From Escherichia phage mEpX2, in the sequence record NC_019705.1: 38,759 nt of DNA. One strand, 5' to 3'. Shown one piece after another: positions 8,429-18,482 of this stretch. The notes under the pieces are model-generated. The model was not told the origin of the DNA, searched no databases, and worked only from the letters and a program-made list of their open reading frames with translations. Numbering within the stretch: position 1 is the stretch's first letter; each line of letters begins with the position of its first letter. The translations under genes were made by a program, and so were the position numbers.

Positions 8429-10849
8429 ATGGCTTCCAAATCACTGGGCACGCTGACGATCGACCTGATTGCCAAAGTGGGCGGTTTTGTCTCAGGCCTC
8501 TCGCAGGCTGAGCGAGCTTCACAAAAATGGCGTAAGCAGGTAAAGGAGGATGCCGCTGCCGCTGCAGCTGCCATGACCGGATTCGCAACAGCAGTCGGGG
8601 CTGCAGCCATCGGAGCCGGAGTGGCGGGGTATAACCTGCTCAAAACCACTTCACGTCAGATTACCGAATCAGACCGCTGGGCAAAGTCACTTAACATGTC
8701 CACGCAGTCCCTGTTAGCCTGGCAATATGCTGCAGAAAAAGCAGGTGTTTCCGGCGATCAGATGGCCGATATCTTTAAAGATGTCGGAGACAAAATCGGT
8801 GATGCCGTTCTTAATAAATCTGGTGAGGCGGTCGGTGCGCTGGACGCTCTGGGTTTGTCGGCTAAGAAACTGGCCGGAGAATCTCCCGACAAGCAACTCC
8901 TGGCTATCAGCGACGCACTGGAGAAAGTTAAGTCCAACGCCGAGAAGACTACCATCCTGGAGAGTCTTGGTAATGACCTGTCAAAGATGCTGCCGCTCCT
9001 GGACAATGGCAGTGAAAAGCTGCGTCAGTATATGGATGCCGCGAAGAAGTTTGGTGTGGCGCCCGATGACGCAGATATTGAAAAGCTGGTCAGAGTCAAC
9101 GCCCTGTTTGAGGATATGGAGACGCAGGTCAACGGCGTCAAAATTGAACTTGCTGCAGGGCTCGCCAGCGTAGATTTGAGTGGGCTCCAGAAGTCTATTG
9201 GAGATATGGGGGATGTATTTAAAGACCCGGCTGTTATTCAGGGTCTGACTGATCTGGTTGGTGGGGTAGTGGACCTTGCCACCTGGCTGGTAAGGGTAGG
9301 AGCCGAGGCCGGAAAGCTGATAGACCAGTACAAAGGTGGGAGTTCGGTCGGCCTGAATGCCTCCATTCCAGAAATTGAACGGCGCATCAAGAACCTGAAT
9401 GCAGATCTCGATGATAAAGGCATACTGGCGAGTTTCAACAGAATAGGTATGGACGTATCCGGTAAGGAGGCCGAAAGGGCTGAGCTCCAGAGGCGACTGG
9501 CCTTTTTGAGAAACTCCCAATCTACTCTACCGGAAATAAAACTGCCCGAGCCAGTCAAAACAAACTATACCCTTGGCGCCGGGGAAACAAACGGTAAGCC
9601 GCAAAAAAATACCTCTGGTCAGAAACTGGATTCAGCGTTTAAAAGCGCTGAGCGCAGTTACATGCGTCAGATTGAGCTGATCGATACCACGGGCAAAAAA
9701 ACTGCTGTGGTGACCGAGCAGCAAAAACTGCAGTTCGATATAGCTGACGGCAAGTTGCAGGGGCTTAACGAAACCCAGAAGAAACGACTTGCGTCTCTGG
9801 CTCAGGAAGTTGATCGCCTTAATGCCGTCAAAAAAGCTAATGAAGAAAACGCGAAGGTAGCGGCGTTCGTGGCAAATCTGCAGGAGCAGAACGAGAATGC
9901 ACGTGCAGATTTGGGCGTGGATATTCAGGGGGCCGGACTCGGTGACAAGCAGCGTGAAAGGCTGAGGGAAAGGCTGAGTATAGAGCGCAGTTATCTCGAT
10001 CAGCAGCGCGATCTGCAAAAGCAGTATCAGTCAGGAGATATCAGCCAGACAGTTTATGACCGCGAAACCCAGGCATTAAAGGATGCGCAAGCTGAGAGGC
10101 TGGGCATCCAGGAGGATTATTACAGTCAAATTGATGCGCTGCAGTCTGACTGGGTGACTGGCGCCAGAGACGGTCTCGCTGACTGGGTAGATGATTCAAC
10201 TAACTATGCGACGCTGGCGGCGGACGCTATGAAAAGCGCGCTTTCCGGTATCAGCAGCAATATCGTCGACATGCTCAACGGCAATAAAGCGAGCTGGAAA
10301 GACTGGGGTGTCAGTGTTCTGAAAATCATCGAACAGGTGATGGTTAACATGATGATCGCCAATGCAGCCAGCTCGATAGGCTCATTGTTCGGTGGTGCCG
10401 CATCGTCTTCCGCCAGCAGCGGTACTGCGATTCAGTCCTACGGGGCGAGCCTGCAATTCAACGCCAAAGGCGGCGTTTACTCTTCTGCCGATCTCAGTCA
10501 GTACAGTAACTCTGTCGTCAGCTCTCCAACACTGTTTGCCTTTGCCAAAGGGGCCGGATTGATGGGGGAGGCTGGGCCGGAGGCTATTATGCCACTGACC
10601 CGCGCCGCTGACGGATCGCTGGGCGTGCGTGCTATGGGAATCTCAGGCTTAACACCGGGTGGTAGTAGTGCTCCTCAGGTCAGTATTCAGATTGATGGCA
10701 ATGGGAATACCCAGACTCAGGCTAGCGGTGGATATGAGCAATTCGGGCGGGAGGTAGGTAGTTTTGTTGATCGGCGATACCGCGAGTTGATAGGCCGTGA
10801 CCTTTCACCCGGTGGCGCGGTCTGGAATCTGGCAAAAGGAGGGCGGTGA
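8429..10849 (+). CDS. tail tape measure protein
   Basis: 806-aa ORF, alanine/glycine-rich and coiled-coil, after G/GT. Confidence 0.9.
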   Translation: MASKSLGTLTIDLIAKVGGFVSGLSQAERASQKWRKQVKEDAAAAAAAMTGFATAVGAAAIGAGVAGYNLLKTTSRQITESDRWAKSLNMSTQSLLAWQYAAEKAGVSGDQMADIFKDVGDKIGDAVLNKSGEAVGALDALGLSAKKLAGESPDKQLLAISDALEKVKSNAEKTTILESLGNDLSKMLPLLDNGSEKLRQYMDAAKKFGVAPDDADIEKLVRVNALFEDMETQVNGVKIELAAGLASVDLSGLQKSIGDMGDVFKDPAVIQGLTDLVGGVVDLATWLVRVGAEAGKLIDQYKGGSSVGLNASIPEIERRIKNLNADLDDKGILASFNRIGMDVSGKEAERAELQRRLAFLRNSQSTLPEIKLPEPVKTNYTLGAGETNGKPQKNTSGQKLDSAFKSAERSYMRQIELIDTTGKKTAVVTEQQKLQFDIADGKLQGLNETQKKRLASLAQEVDRLNAVKKANEENAKVAAFVANLQEQNENARADLGVDIQGAGLGDKQRERLRERLSIERSYLDQQRDLQKQYQSGDISQTVYDRETQALKDAQAERLGIQEDYYSQIDALQSDWVTGARDGLADWVDDSTNYATLAADAMKSALSGISSNIVDMLNGNKASWKDWGVSVLKIIEQVMVNMMIANAASSIGSLFGGAASSSASSGTAIQSYGASLQFNAKGGVYSSADLSQYSNSVVSSPTLFAFAKGAGLMGEAGPEAIMPLTRAADGSLGVRAMGISGLTPGGSSAPQVSIQIDGNGNTQTQASGGYEQFGREVGSFVDRRYRELIGRDLSPGGAVWNLAKGGR

Positions 10850-11187
10850 TGGCTATAGAAACATTCAGCTGGTGTCCGCGCCCGAACGCGGAGCAGGAAG
10901 TGACATTCCGACGGCGCACCGCGCAGTTCGGTGACGGATATCAGCAGGTTTCCGGCGACGGGATTAATCCCCGCTCGCAGAAATGGACTCTCCAGTTTAC
11001 CGGTACCGAAACGTATATCGGGGCGATTAAAGACTTTCTCGATCGCCATGCGGGCGTGACGGCGTTTCAGTGGCGCCCGCCGCTTGAGCCTCTCGGGCTT
11101 TACCGCTGCGACACCTACACACCAACGCCACTTGGTGCCGGGTTATTTAATCTTTCTGCAACTTTTGAACAGGCCTACAAACCATGA
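10846..11187 (+). CDS. minor tail protein M
   Basis: 113-aa ORF, lambda gpM-like, position after tape measure. Confidence 0.8.
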   Translation: MMAIETFSWCPRPNAEQEVTFRRRTAQFGDGYQQVSGDGINPRSQKWTLQFTGTETYIGAIKDFLDRHAGVTAFQWRPPLEPLGLYRCDTYTPTPLGAGLFNLSATFEQAYKP

Positions 11188-11939
11188 GTCTTAACGCAGA
11201 TTTTCAGAAGCTCGAACCTGGCGATGTGGTCAGGCTTTTCGAAGTGGATGGCACGGCATTTGGTACAGGTGATGTGCTGCGATTTCACAGCTACAGTCTT
11301 GCGCACTCTGAAGCCGAAATTATCGCTGCTGGCGGTGATGAAAATAAACTGCCAGCAAAATCTATCTGGTGGCAGGGTGAGGAGTATAAAGCGTGGCCAT
11401 GCCAGATTGAGGGGATCGAAGCTTCAACCTCGGGAAGTAGTGCCCAGCCAAAACTTTCGGTTGCTAACCTCGACAGTTCGATCACCGCGCTTTGCCTGGC
11501 TTACGACGATATGCTGCAGGCGAAGGTGACGATACATGACACCCTTGGTAAGTATCTCGATGCGAGAAACTTCACCGGAGGCAATCCGACAGCCGATCCG
11601 ACCCAGGAGAAGCTGAAGGTTTTCTACATCGATGCAAAGAGCAGTGAAACCAATGAAGTTGTTGAGTTCACACTATCCAGCCCTATGGATCTGCAGGGGC
11701 TGATGATACCTACCCGCCAGCTTCATTCTCTGTGCACATGGTGCATCCGGAACAAGTACCGAACCGGCGACGGCTGCGACTATGCCGGTACGCGCTATTT
11801 CGACAAAAACAACAACCAGGTAAGCGATCCGTCACTGGATGAATGCAACGGAACGCTGACGGCCTGCAAACTTCGGTTCGGTGAAAACAACGAACTCTCG
11901 TTTGGTGGGTTCCCGGGTACGTCGCTGATCAGGAGTTGA
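11184..11939 (+). CDS. minor tail protein L
   Basis: 251-aa ORF with C-terminal cysteine cluster like lambda gpL. Confidence 0.85.
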   Translation: MSLNADFQKLEPGDVVRLFEVDGTAFGTGDVLRFHSYSLAHSEAEIIAAGGDENKLPAKSIWWQGEEYKAWPCQIEGIEASTSGSSAQPKLSVANLDSSITALCLAYDDMLQAKVTIHDTLGKYLDARNFTGGNPTADPTQEKLKVFYIDAKSSETNEVVEFTLSSPMDLQGLMIPTRQLHSLCTWCIRNKYRTGDGCDYAGTRYFDKNNNQVSDPSLDECNGTLTACKLRFGENNELSFGGFPGTSLIRS

Positions 11940-11940
11940 T

Positions 11941-12651
11941 ATGCGTCAGAAAACCATCGATGCCATCATGGCGCATGCCGCTGCGGAATACCCGCGAGAG
12001 TGCTGCGGCGTGGTGGCGCAGAAAAGCCGGGTTGAGCGTTATTTCCCCTGCCGCAACCTTTCTGAAGAGCCGACAGAACATTTTCACCTTTCTCCCGAAG
12101 ACTACGCAGCTGCCGAAGACTGGGGGACGGTGGTAGCCATTGTTCACAGCCACCCTGACGCGACGACGCAGGCCAGCGAGCTTGATAAGGCGCAATGTGA
12201 TGCAACGCTGCTGCCCTGGCATATTGTGAGCTGGCCGGAGGGGGATTTACGCACCATCCAGCCGCGCGGAGAACTGCCACTGCTGGAGCGTCCGTTTGTG
12301 CTTGGACACTTCGACTGCTGGGGGCTGGTAATGAGCTATTTCCGGCAAACGCATGGTATCGAGCTCCACGATTACCGGGTGGATTATCCCTGGTGGGAAA
12401 ACGCCTATCCGGACAATTTTTATCAGGATTGCTGGTATGAATGCGGATTCCGTGAATTCGACGGACCACCGAAACCCGGTGATATGGTGATCATGCAGGT
12501 CCAGGCCGATAAGTGGAATCACGCGGGAATTCTGCTGGAGGGAAATATGCTGCTGCACCACCTGTACGGACATCTGAGCCAGCGCGTGCCGTATGGTGGC
12601 TACTGGCAGGAAAGGACGATGAAGATTCTACGTTACAAATCTCTGTGCTAA
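11941..12651 (+). CDS. tail assembly protein K (MPN/JAB + NlpC/P60-like)
   Basis: 236-aa ORF with HSHP metalloprotease-like motif and conserved Cys/His, lambda gpK-like. Confidence 0.85.
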   Translation: MRQKTIDAIMAHAAAEYPRECCGVVAQKSRVERYFPCRNLSEEPTEHFHLSPEDYAAAEDWGTVVAIVHSHPDATTQASELDKAQCDATLLPWHIVSWPEGDLRTIQPRGELPLLERPFVLGHFDCWGLVMSYFRQTHGIELHDYRVDYPWWENAYPDNFYQDCWYECGFREFDGPPKPGDMVIMQVQADKWNHAGILLEGNMLLHHLYGHLSQRVPYGGYWQERTMKILRYKSLC

Positions 12652-12680
12652 CCTTTTGCAAAACCAAAGGGGATAGGGAT

Positions 12681-13022
12681 ATGAAAAAAACATTATTGAC
12701 ACTTTCTTTGATAATCATGGCTGGTTGTTCGAGTATGCAGGATCTCCGGAAGGAACCAGCGTCAAATACTTTTCAATCGAAGAAACAAATTGACGCAGTA
12801 GCTGAATGCATACTCTCTGGCTGGCAAGAAGAAAGCCAAAAATATGGAAGCGTTTTTATTCAGCCTTATGACGGTGGTAAAACTGTATTTACACAATCTC
12901 AACTTGAGATGGTTGATTTAATATCGGACGGCGGAATTACCAAGATTGAATTCCGTCATCAAGGTGGGCTATTTGCTTATCGAATAAACAGCCGGATTAA
13001 AGTAATAGAACGCTGTATCTAA
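12681..13022 (+). CDS. lipoprotein (moron inserted between tail genes K and I)
   Basis: Signal peptide MKKTLLTLSLIIMAGC with lipobox; AT-rich relative to flanks; own SD; followed by terminator. Confidence 0.6.
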   Translation: MKKTLLTLSLIIMAGCSSMQDLRKEPASNTFQSKKQIDAVAECILSGWQEESQKYGSVFIQPYDGGKTVFTQSQLEMVDLISDGGITKIEFRHQGGLFAYRINSRIKVIERCI

Positions 13023-13032
13023 CCAAGACTTA

Positions 13033-13055
13033 ACCCGCTTCGGCGGGTTTTTTTA
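13033..13055 (+). terminator. intrinsic terminator
   Basis: ACCCGC-TTCG-GCGGGT hairpin plus TTTTTTT. Confidence 0.6.
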
Positions 13056-13065
13056 TGGTGAGAAT

Positions 13066-13671
13066 ATGAAAGAAGTAATGACAACAATTCAGCTCGGCGG
13101 AGTGTTAGGAAAGACATTCGGTAGAACCCATCAACGACTGATAGCGCGAACTGGTGAAGCTGCTATTGCTTTAAGTAAAACATTGCCCGGTTTCGAAAGT
13201 TTCATGATCAGCAGTAAACGTCGCGGATTAACTTTCGCGGTGTTCAAAGGGAAAAGAAATATTGCCGCAGATGAGATGGGTTTTCCCTCTGAAGGCGATG
13301 TAGTAAGGATTATGCCTGTAATTATCGGTAGTAAACGCGCTGGTCTTTTTCAGACGATATTAGGAGCAGTTTTGATAACTGCTGCAGTCTTTGTTTCTGG
13401 CGGTATTGGCGCTGCTTTCGCTGCTGGTGGATTGACGGGGTTTGCTGCTGCCACTGGTGCCTCGTTGGTCCTCGGTGGGGTTATTCAGCTGCTTTCACCG
13501 CAGCCATCAGGCATAGCCAGTAAACAAAGCGCAGATAACCGTGCATCGTATGCGTTTGGCGGGGTAACCAACACTGCAGCGCAAGGCTACCCGGTGCCTC
13601 TGCTTTATGGTAAGCGTCGAATCGGCGGAGCGATTATTTCTGCCGGAATTTATGTCGAAGATCAGCAGTAG
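13066..13671 (+). CDS. tail assembly protein I
   Basis: 201-aa ORF with ubiquitin-like N-terminus and glycine-rich hydrophobic C-terminus, lambda gpI-like. Confidence 0.8.
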   Translation: MKEVMTTIQLGGVLGKTFGRTHQRLIARTGEAAIALSKTLPGFESFMISSKRRGLTFAVFKGKRNIAADEMGFPSEGDVVRIMPVIIGSKRAGLFQTILGAVLITAAVFVSGGIGAAFAAGGLTGFAAATGASLVLGGVIQLLSPQPSGIASKQSADNRASYAFGGVTNTAAQGYPVPLLYGKRRIGGAIISAGIYVEDQQ

Positions 13672-13690
13672 ATAACTAACCTTTTTTCTG

Positions 13691-13712
13691 GCCACCTTCG
13701 GGTGGCTTTTTT
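13691..13712 (+). terminator. intrinsic terminator-like hairpin
   Basis: GCCACC-TTCG-GGTGGC followed by TTTTTT, between I and J. Confidence 0.5.
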
Positions 13713-13723
13713 ATGGGCGCAAT

Positions 13724-16700
13724 ATGGCTACAGATAAAGTGTTAAAAGGCCGCAAGGGCGGCAGCTCAAGTTCCCGAACTCCTACCGAACAGCCTGATGA
13801 TCTGCAATCTGTAGCGAAGGCAAAAATCCTCGTTGCGCTTGGGGAAGGTGAGTTTGCAGGGCAGCTCACCGGCAAAGATATCTACCTGGACGGAACAGCG
13901 CTGGAGAATGCTGACGGCTCCCAAAACTTCAGCGGGGTAACGTGGGAGTTTCGCGCGGGAACTCAGGCGCAAAAATATATTCAGGGTATTCCCGGTACCG
14001 AAAACGAGATCAGCGTAGGAACTGAGGTATCAAGTGCCACAGCCTGGACGCGCACGTTTACCAATACGCAGCTTTCAGCAGTTCGCCTGCGTCTTAAATG
14101 GCCCTCGCTTTTCAAACAGGAAGACGACGGCGATCTGGTGGGTTACTCGGTCAATTATGCGATTGACCTGCAGACGGACGGCGGCACATGGCAGACGGTA
14201 CTCAATACCAGCGTGACCGGCAAAACAACGTCTGGTTATGAGCGCAGCCACCGTATCGATTTACCGCAGGCTGGCAGCACATGGACAATACGTCTGCGTA
14301 AGATTACCTCTGACGCCAACAGCGCGAAAATCGGCGACACGATGATGCTGCAGAGCTTCACCGAGGTGATTGATGCCAAACTGCGCTACCCGAACACCGC
14401 GCTGCTCTACGTCGAATTCGACTCAAGCCAGTTCAACGGCTCTATTCCTCAAATTTCATGCGAACCGCGCGGCCGCGTTATCCGCGTTCCAGATACCTAC
14501 GACCCTGAAACCCGCACTTATAGCGGTACATGGACCGGTGCGTTTAAGTGGGCATGGACGGATAACCCTGCGTGGATTTTTTACGACCTGGTTGTTTCTG
14601 ACCGGTTTGGCCTCGGGCACCGTTTGACCGCTGCGAATATTGATAAATGGACTCTTTATCAGGTTGCTCAGTATTGTGATCAGATGGTACCAGACGGCAA
14701 AGGGGGCAACGGTACAGAACCACGCTATACCTGCAACGTGTACATTCAGGACCGGAACGACGCCTACACAGTCCTGCGTGATTTTGCCGCTATCTTCCGT
14801 GGCATGACCTACTGGGGCGGGGATCAGATTGTGGCCCTGGCTGACATGCCGCGCGATGTTGATTACAGCTATACGCGCGCTAACGTTGTTGGCGGTCGCT
14901 TCACCTATTCGAGCAGCACCACGAAAAGCCGCTACACCACAGCGCTGGTTTCATGGTCAGATCCGGGTAACGCTTATGCCGACGCAATGGAGCCGGTATT
15001 TGAGCAGGCGCTGGTGGCGCGATACGGCTTCAATCAGCTGGAAATGACAGCCATCGGCTGCACCAGGCAGTCAGAGGCGAACCGAAAGGGGCGCTGGGGT
15101 ATTCTCACCAATAACAAGGATCGCGTTGTTTCGTTTGATGTCGGGCTGGACGGAAACATTCCGCAGCCGGGCTACATCATCGCCGTGGCAGACGAGCTGC
15201 TTTCCGGAAAGGTTATGGGCGGCCGCATCAGCGCCGTTAACGGTCGCGTTATCAAACTTGACCGCGTAGCTGATGCAGCACCAGGTGATCGCCTTATTCT
15301 CAACCTTCCCTCCGGAGCGTCGCAGAGCAGGACCATTCAGGCCGTGAACGGGGAATCAGTCACAGTCACCACGGCATACAGTGAGACGCCACAGGCCGAA
15401 GCTGTTTGGGTGGTTGAATCTGACGAGCTTTACGCGCAGCAGTATCGTGTTGTCAGCGTTTCCGATAACAATGATGGCACTTTCTCGATTACCGGCGCAT
15501 GGCACGACCCGGATAAATATGCCCGTATCGATACCGGAGCCATCATTGACCAACGGCCGGTGAGCGTGATCCCGCCGGGCAACCAGTCGCCGCCTGCGAA
15601 TATCGTGATCAGCTCGTTTTCCGTGGTTCAGCAAAATATCAGCGTCGAAACAATGCGCGTGAGCTGGTACCAGGCGCAGAACGCTATCGCCTATGAAGCA
15701 CAATGGCGCCGCAACGACGGGAACTGGGTTAACGTGCCGCGCACCTCCACCACGTCATTCGACGTCCCGGGGATTTATGCCGGGCGCTACCTGGTGCGGG
15801 TGCGCGCAATCAATGCCGCAGAAATTTCATCCGGATGGGGCTATTCAGAAGAGAAAACGCTGACGGGTAAAGTGGGCAATCCACCTAAGCCGGTTGGCTT
15901 CATCGCTTCTGAAAATGTGGTTTTCGGCATCGAGCTGAACTGGGGATTCCCGGCGAATACCGACGACACGCTGAAGACGGAAATTCAGTACAGCCTGACC
16001 GGAACCGAGGACGATGCGATGCTGCTGGCCGATGTGCCTTATCCGCAGCGCAAATATCAGCAGATGGGCCTCAAGGCTGGGCAGATTTTCTGGTACCGCG
16101 CTCAGCTGGTGGACCGCAGCGGCAACGAATCAGGGTACACAGAATGGGTGCGAGGACAGGCCAGCATCGATGTTTCCGACATCACAGATGTGATCCTGGA
16201 GGACATGAAAGGCTCCGATACGTTCAAAGACCTGATCGAGAACGCTGTGGACAGCAATGAAAAAATTGCTGGCATGGCTGACGAAATCAAAAACCATGCC
16301 GACGAACTCGAGCAGCAGGCGAAAGACATCCAGGAAAACGCTGACGGGCTGGCCCAGGCCGAAGTGAAGATCGACGAGATTTCTGTGTCGATGGATGGCA
16401 TGACGGGAGGCGTGAAGAACTCGGCAATCGCGATTATCCAGAATGGGCTGGCGCAGGTTGTCAGTCGTCGTTCCCAGACCGCGACAAACGCAGGGAACAG
16501 CGCCAGCATTGACCGTATCGACACGACCATAGCCGACACCAGCTCGGCGGTTGCTCGCGCGCTGGTGACGCTGGATGCTTCAGCTGGTGGGAATATCTCC
16601 AACTCTACCGATCTCACTGAAACTCTGGCCGATTTCACGCAGGCATCGGCGACAAAAATTAACACCCTGACTGTTAAATCTGGCGAAAACAGTGCCGCGA

Positions 16701-17179
16701 TAAATGTCAACGCACAGGCTATCGCAGATGTAAACGGTAACCTAAGTGCGATGTACAACATCAAGGTTGGTGTCTCCAGCAATGGACAGTATTACGCCGC
16801 GGGGATGGGTATCGGCGTGGAGAATACGCCATCCGGCATGCAGTCGCAGGTTATCTTCCTGGCTGATCGCTTCGCCGTCACCACGGCAGCCGGAAATAGC
16901 GTGGCTTTGCCGTTTGTGATCCAGAATGGACAGACATTCATCCGGGCCAGTTTCATCCAGGACGGCACTATCAGCAACGCAAAGATTGGTAATTTTATCC
17001 AGTCGAACAATTATGTTGCTGGTTCTGCTGGCTGGAAGCTTGATAAAGGGGGGACGTTTGAGAACTACGGTTCGACTGCTGGTGAGGGAGCCATGAAACT
17101 GACAAATCAGACGATCAGCGTCAAAGATGGCAGTAATGTTCTTAGGGTGCAGGTTGGCCGATTAACGGGAGTATTCTGA
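13724..17179 (+). CDS. host specificity protein J (tail tip/central fiber)
   Basis: 1151-aa ORF following K and I, lambda gpJ-like size and order. Confidence 0.9.
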   Translation: MATDKVLKGRKGGSSSSRTPTEQPDDLQSVAKAKILVALGEGEFAGQLTGKDIYLDGTALENADGSQNFSGVTWEFRAGTQAQKYIQGIPGTENEISVGTEVSSATAWTRTFTNTQLSAVRLRLKWPSLFKQEDDGDLVGYSVNYAIDLQTDGGTWQTVLNTSVTGKTTSGYERSHRIDLPQAGSTWTIRLRKITSDANSAKIGDTMMLQSFTEVIDAKLRYPNTALLYVEFDSSQFNGSIPQISCEPRGRVIRVPDTYDPETRTYSGTWTGAFKWAWTDNPAWIFYDLVVSDRFGLGHRLTAANIDKWTLYQVAQYCDQMVPDGKGGNGTEPRYTCNVYIQDRNDAYTVLRDFAAIFRGMTYWGGDQIVALADMPRDVDYSYTRANVVGGRFTYSSSTTKSRYTTALVSWSDPGNAYADAMEPVFEQALVARYGFNQLEMTAIGCTRQSEANRKGRWGILTNNKDRVVSFDVGLDGNIPQPGYIIAVADELLSGKVMGGRISAVNGRVIKLDRVADAAPGDRLILNLPSGASQSRTIQAVNGESVTVTTAYSETPQAEAVWVVESDELYAQQYRVVSVSDNNDGTFSITGAWHDPDKYARIDTGAIIDQRPVSVIPPGNQSPPANIVISSFSVVQQNISVETMRVSWYQAQNAIAYEAQWRRNDGNWVNVPRTSTTSFDVPGIYAGRYLVRVRAINAAEISSGWGYSEEKTLTGKVGNPPKPVGFIASENVVFGIELNWGFPANTDDTLKTEIQYSLTGTEDDAMLLADVPYPQRKYQQMGLKAGQIFWYRAQLVDRSGNESGYTEWVRGQASIDVSDITDVILEDMKGSDTFKDLIENAVDSNEKIAGMADEIKNHADELEQQAKDIQENADGLAQAEVKIDEISVSMDGMTGGVKNSAIAIIQNGLAQVVSRRSQTATNAGNSASIDRIDTTIADTSSAVARALVTLDASAGGNISNSTDLTETLADFTQASATKINTLTVKSGENSAAINVNAQAIADVNGNLSAMYNIKVGVSSNGQYYAAGMGIGVENTPSGMQSQVIFLADRFAVTTAAGNSVALPFVIQNGQTFIRASFIQDGTISNAKIGNFIQSNNYVAGSAGWKLDKGGTFENYGSTAGEGAMKLTNQTISVKDGSNVLRVQVGRLTGVF

Positions 17180-17180
17180 A

Positions 17181-17483
17181 ATGGCTTATGGAATACAGAC
17201 CTGGGATGCTTCAGGAAAACCCAACAACTATGGCATCAAACCCGTTTCCGTCGTTGGGCGAATACAGCTGGCTGCCGGGCAAACCTCCGGCAGCTGGTCT
17301 TTTACGGTGCCCTCAGGAATGAAAGTTGGTTTTGTTCTTTCACTTGATGAAGGAGGTAACAGCGTAGGGCGGCGCATTGTCGCGTCAGGGAGCACAATAA
17401 CCGTAAGCGCTGCATCTTCTGTAGGTCTGGGTAATTATCCGGCCTCAAAGTGTGAAGTGGTCGTTTTCATGGAGAAAGCATAA
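17181..17483 (+). CDS. hypothetical protein downstream of J
   Basis: 100-aa ORF tightly coupled to J stop. Confidence 0.45.
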   Translation: MAYGIQTWDASGKPNNYGIKPVSVVGRIQLAAGQTSGSWSFTVPSGMKVGFVLSLDEGGNSVGRRIVASGSTITVSAASSVGLGNYPASKCEVVVFMEKA

Positions 17484-18121
17484 TGGCCGAATTTGGCGCG
17501 ATGATATTAATGGACAACGGGAACCCATTTGTAACGCCCCAGTCAACGCCTTTTTGTCTTTACGGCAAGTACACTTTCAACTCCTCTGCTAATGGCAGTT
17601 CGCAGCAGGTTGCTCAGAATATTGCATTAAATGCTGACTACCCTGTGATGGTATTTATCAGGACCACAAATACCGCCCAGCCCACGCCAGTAATATCTTA
17701 CCGGAACGGCGGAAATATATATGTCGCGGGGGTTAATCCCTATAACCAGAGCTTCACGTTAACCGCATATATTTTTGCCATATTTCCCCAGACGTTACCG
17801 AAATGGGGGATGGCCATCTGGGATTCGAGCGGGAAGCTGGTACTCACTAATGAGTCCCGCGTGCTGTCAGACTTGCAGACAATCGGAACGCCTGGAGCAA
17901 ACGGCGGGATTAACATTGACCAGACGCTTGATGGTTCATGGGCAGTGGCTCCATCAAGGCTGGGGCAAGTGAACAGAAACGACGCTTACTCATCTTGTAG
18001 GTATTCAGGCACAAGTACAAGAATAAACGCCGGTACAGCCGCAAATACACCTGGCGGTGCTGGAGGGGTGATAAATAATGGAATTATCCTGACAGCAATT
18101 AAAACAGACGCCTATGATTGA
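17483..18121 (+). CDS. hypothetical protein downstream of J
   Basis: 212-aa ORF with ATGA-type coupling to upstream ORF. Confidence 0.5.
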   Translation: MAEFGAMILMDNGNPFVTPQSTPFCLYGKYTFNSSANGSSQQVAQNIALNADYPVMVFIRTTNTAQPTPVISYRNGGNIYVAGVNPYNQSFTLTAYIFAIFPQTLPKWGMAIWDSSGKLVLTNESRVLSDLQTIGTPGANGGINIDQTLDGSWAVAPSRLGQVNRNDAYSSCRYSGTSTRINAGTAANTPGGAGGVINNGIILTAIKTDAYD

Positions 18122-18228
18122 TTGTTTTGAGCGATCAATAACAAATAATTTATCTATCTAATCAATTATACCCATCGATTATGTATTGGTATCTTCGAAG
18201 CTACTGAATACCTCTGGATACTATCAAA

Positions 18229-18462
18229 ATGAAAAGGCTAATTATCTGCATAGCGGGCGCTTTAATGCTGTCTGGTTGCGCTGGTGTACTTGAGAAACAG
18301 AAACCGATTTGCAGCGGCACGGCATATATGGGTGGCCATGAGAATACCGTTATGATTTACGCCGTTCGAAAGCAAAACAACCAGACGCAATACCAGGCCG
18401 GATATCCCTTTAACTGGCGCTGGGTAAGTGCGAACACATTCACAAGCACGACATGTAAATAA
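18229..18462 (+). CDS. small outer-membrane lipoprotein, Cor-like superinfection exclusion candidate
   Basis: 77-aa ORF, signal peptide with lipobox LSGC; AT-rich upstream region; location after J as for cor genes of phi80/N15-type phages. Confidence 0.5.
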   Translation: MKRLIICIAGALMLSGCAGVLEKQKPICSGTAYMGGHENTVMIYAVRKQNNQTQYQAGYPFNWRWVSANTFTSTTCK

Positions 18463-18482
18463 CTCATGATTTTCAATGCAAA

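Noticed and set aside
16102-16782. 226-aa ORF on the minus strand inside J
   Set aside because: Antisense to the J coding region; typical spurious open frame in GC-rich coding DNA.
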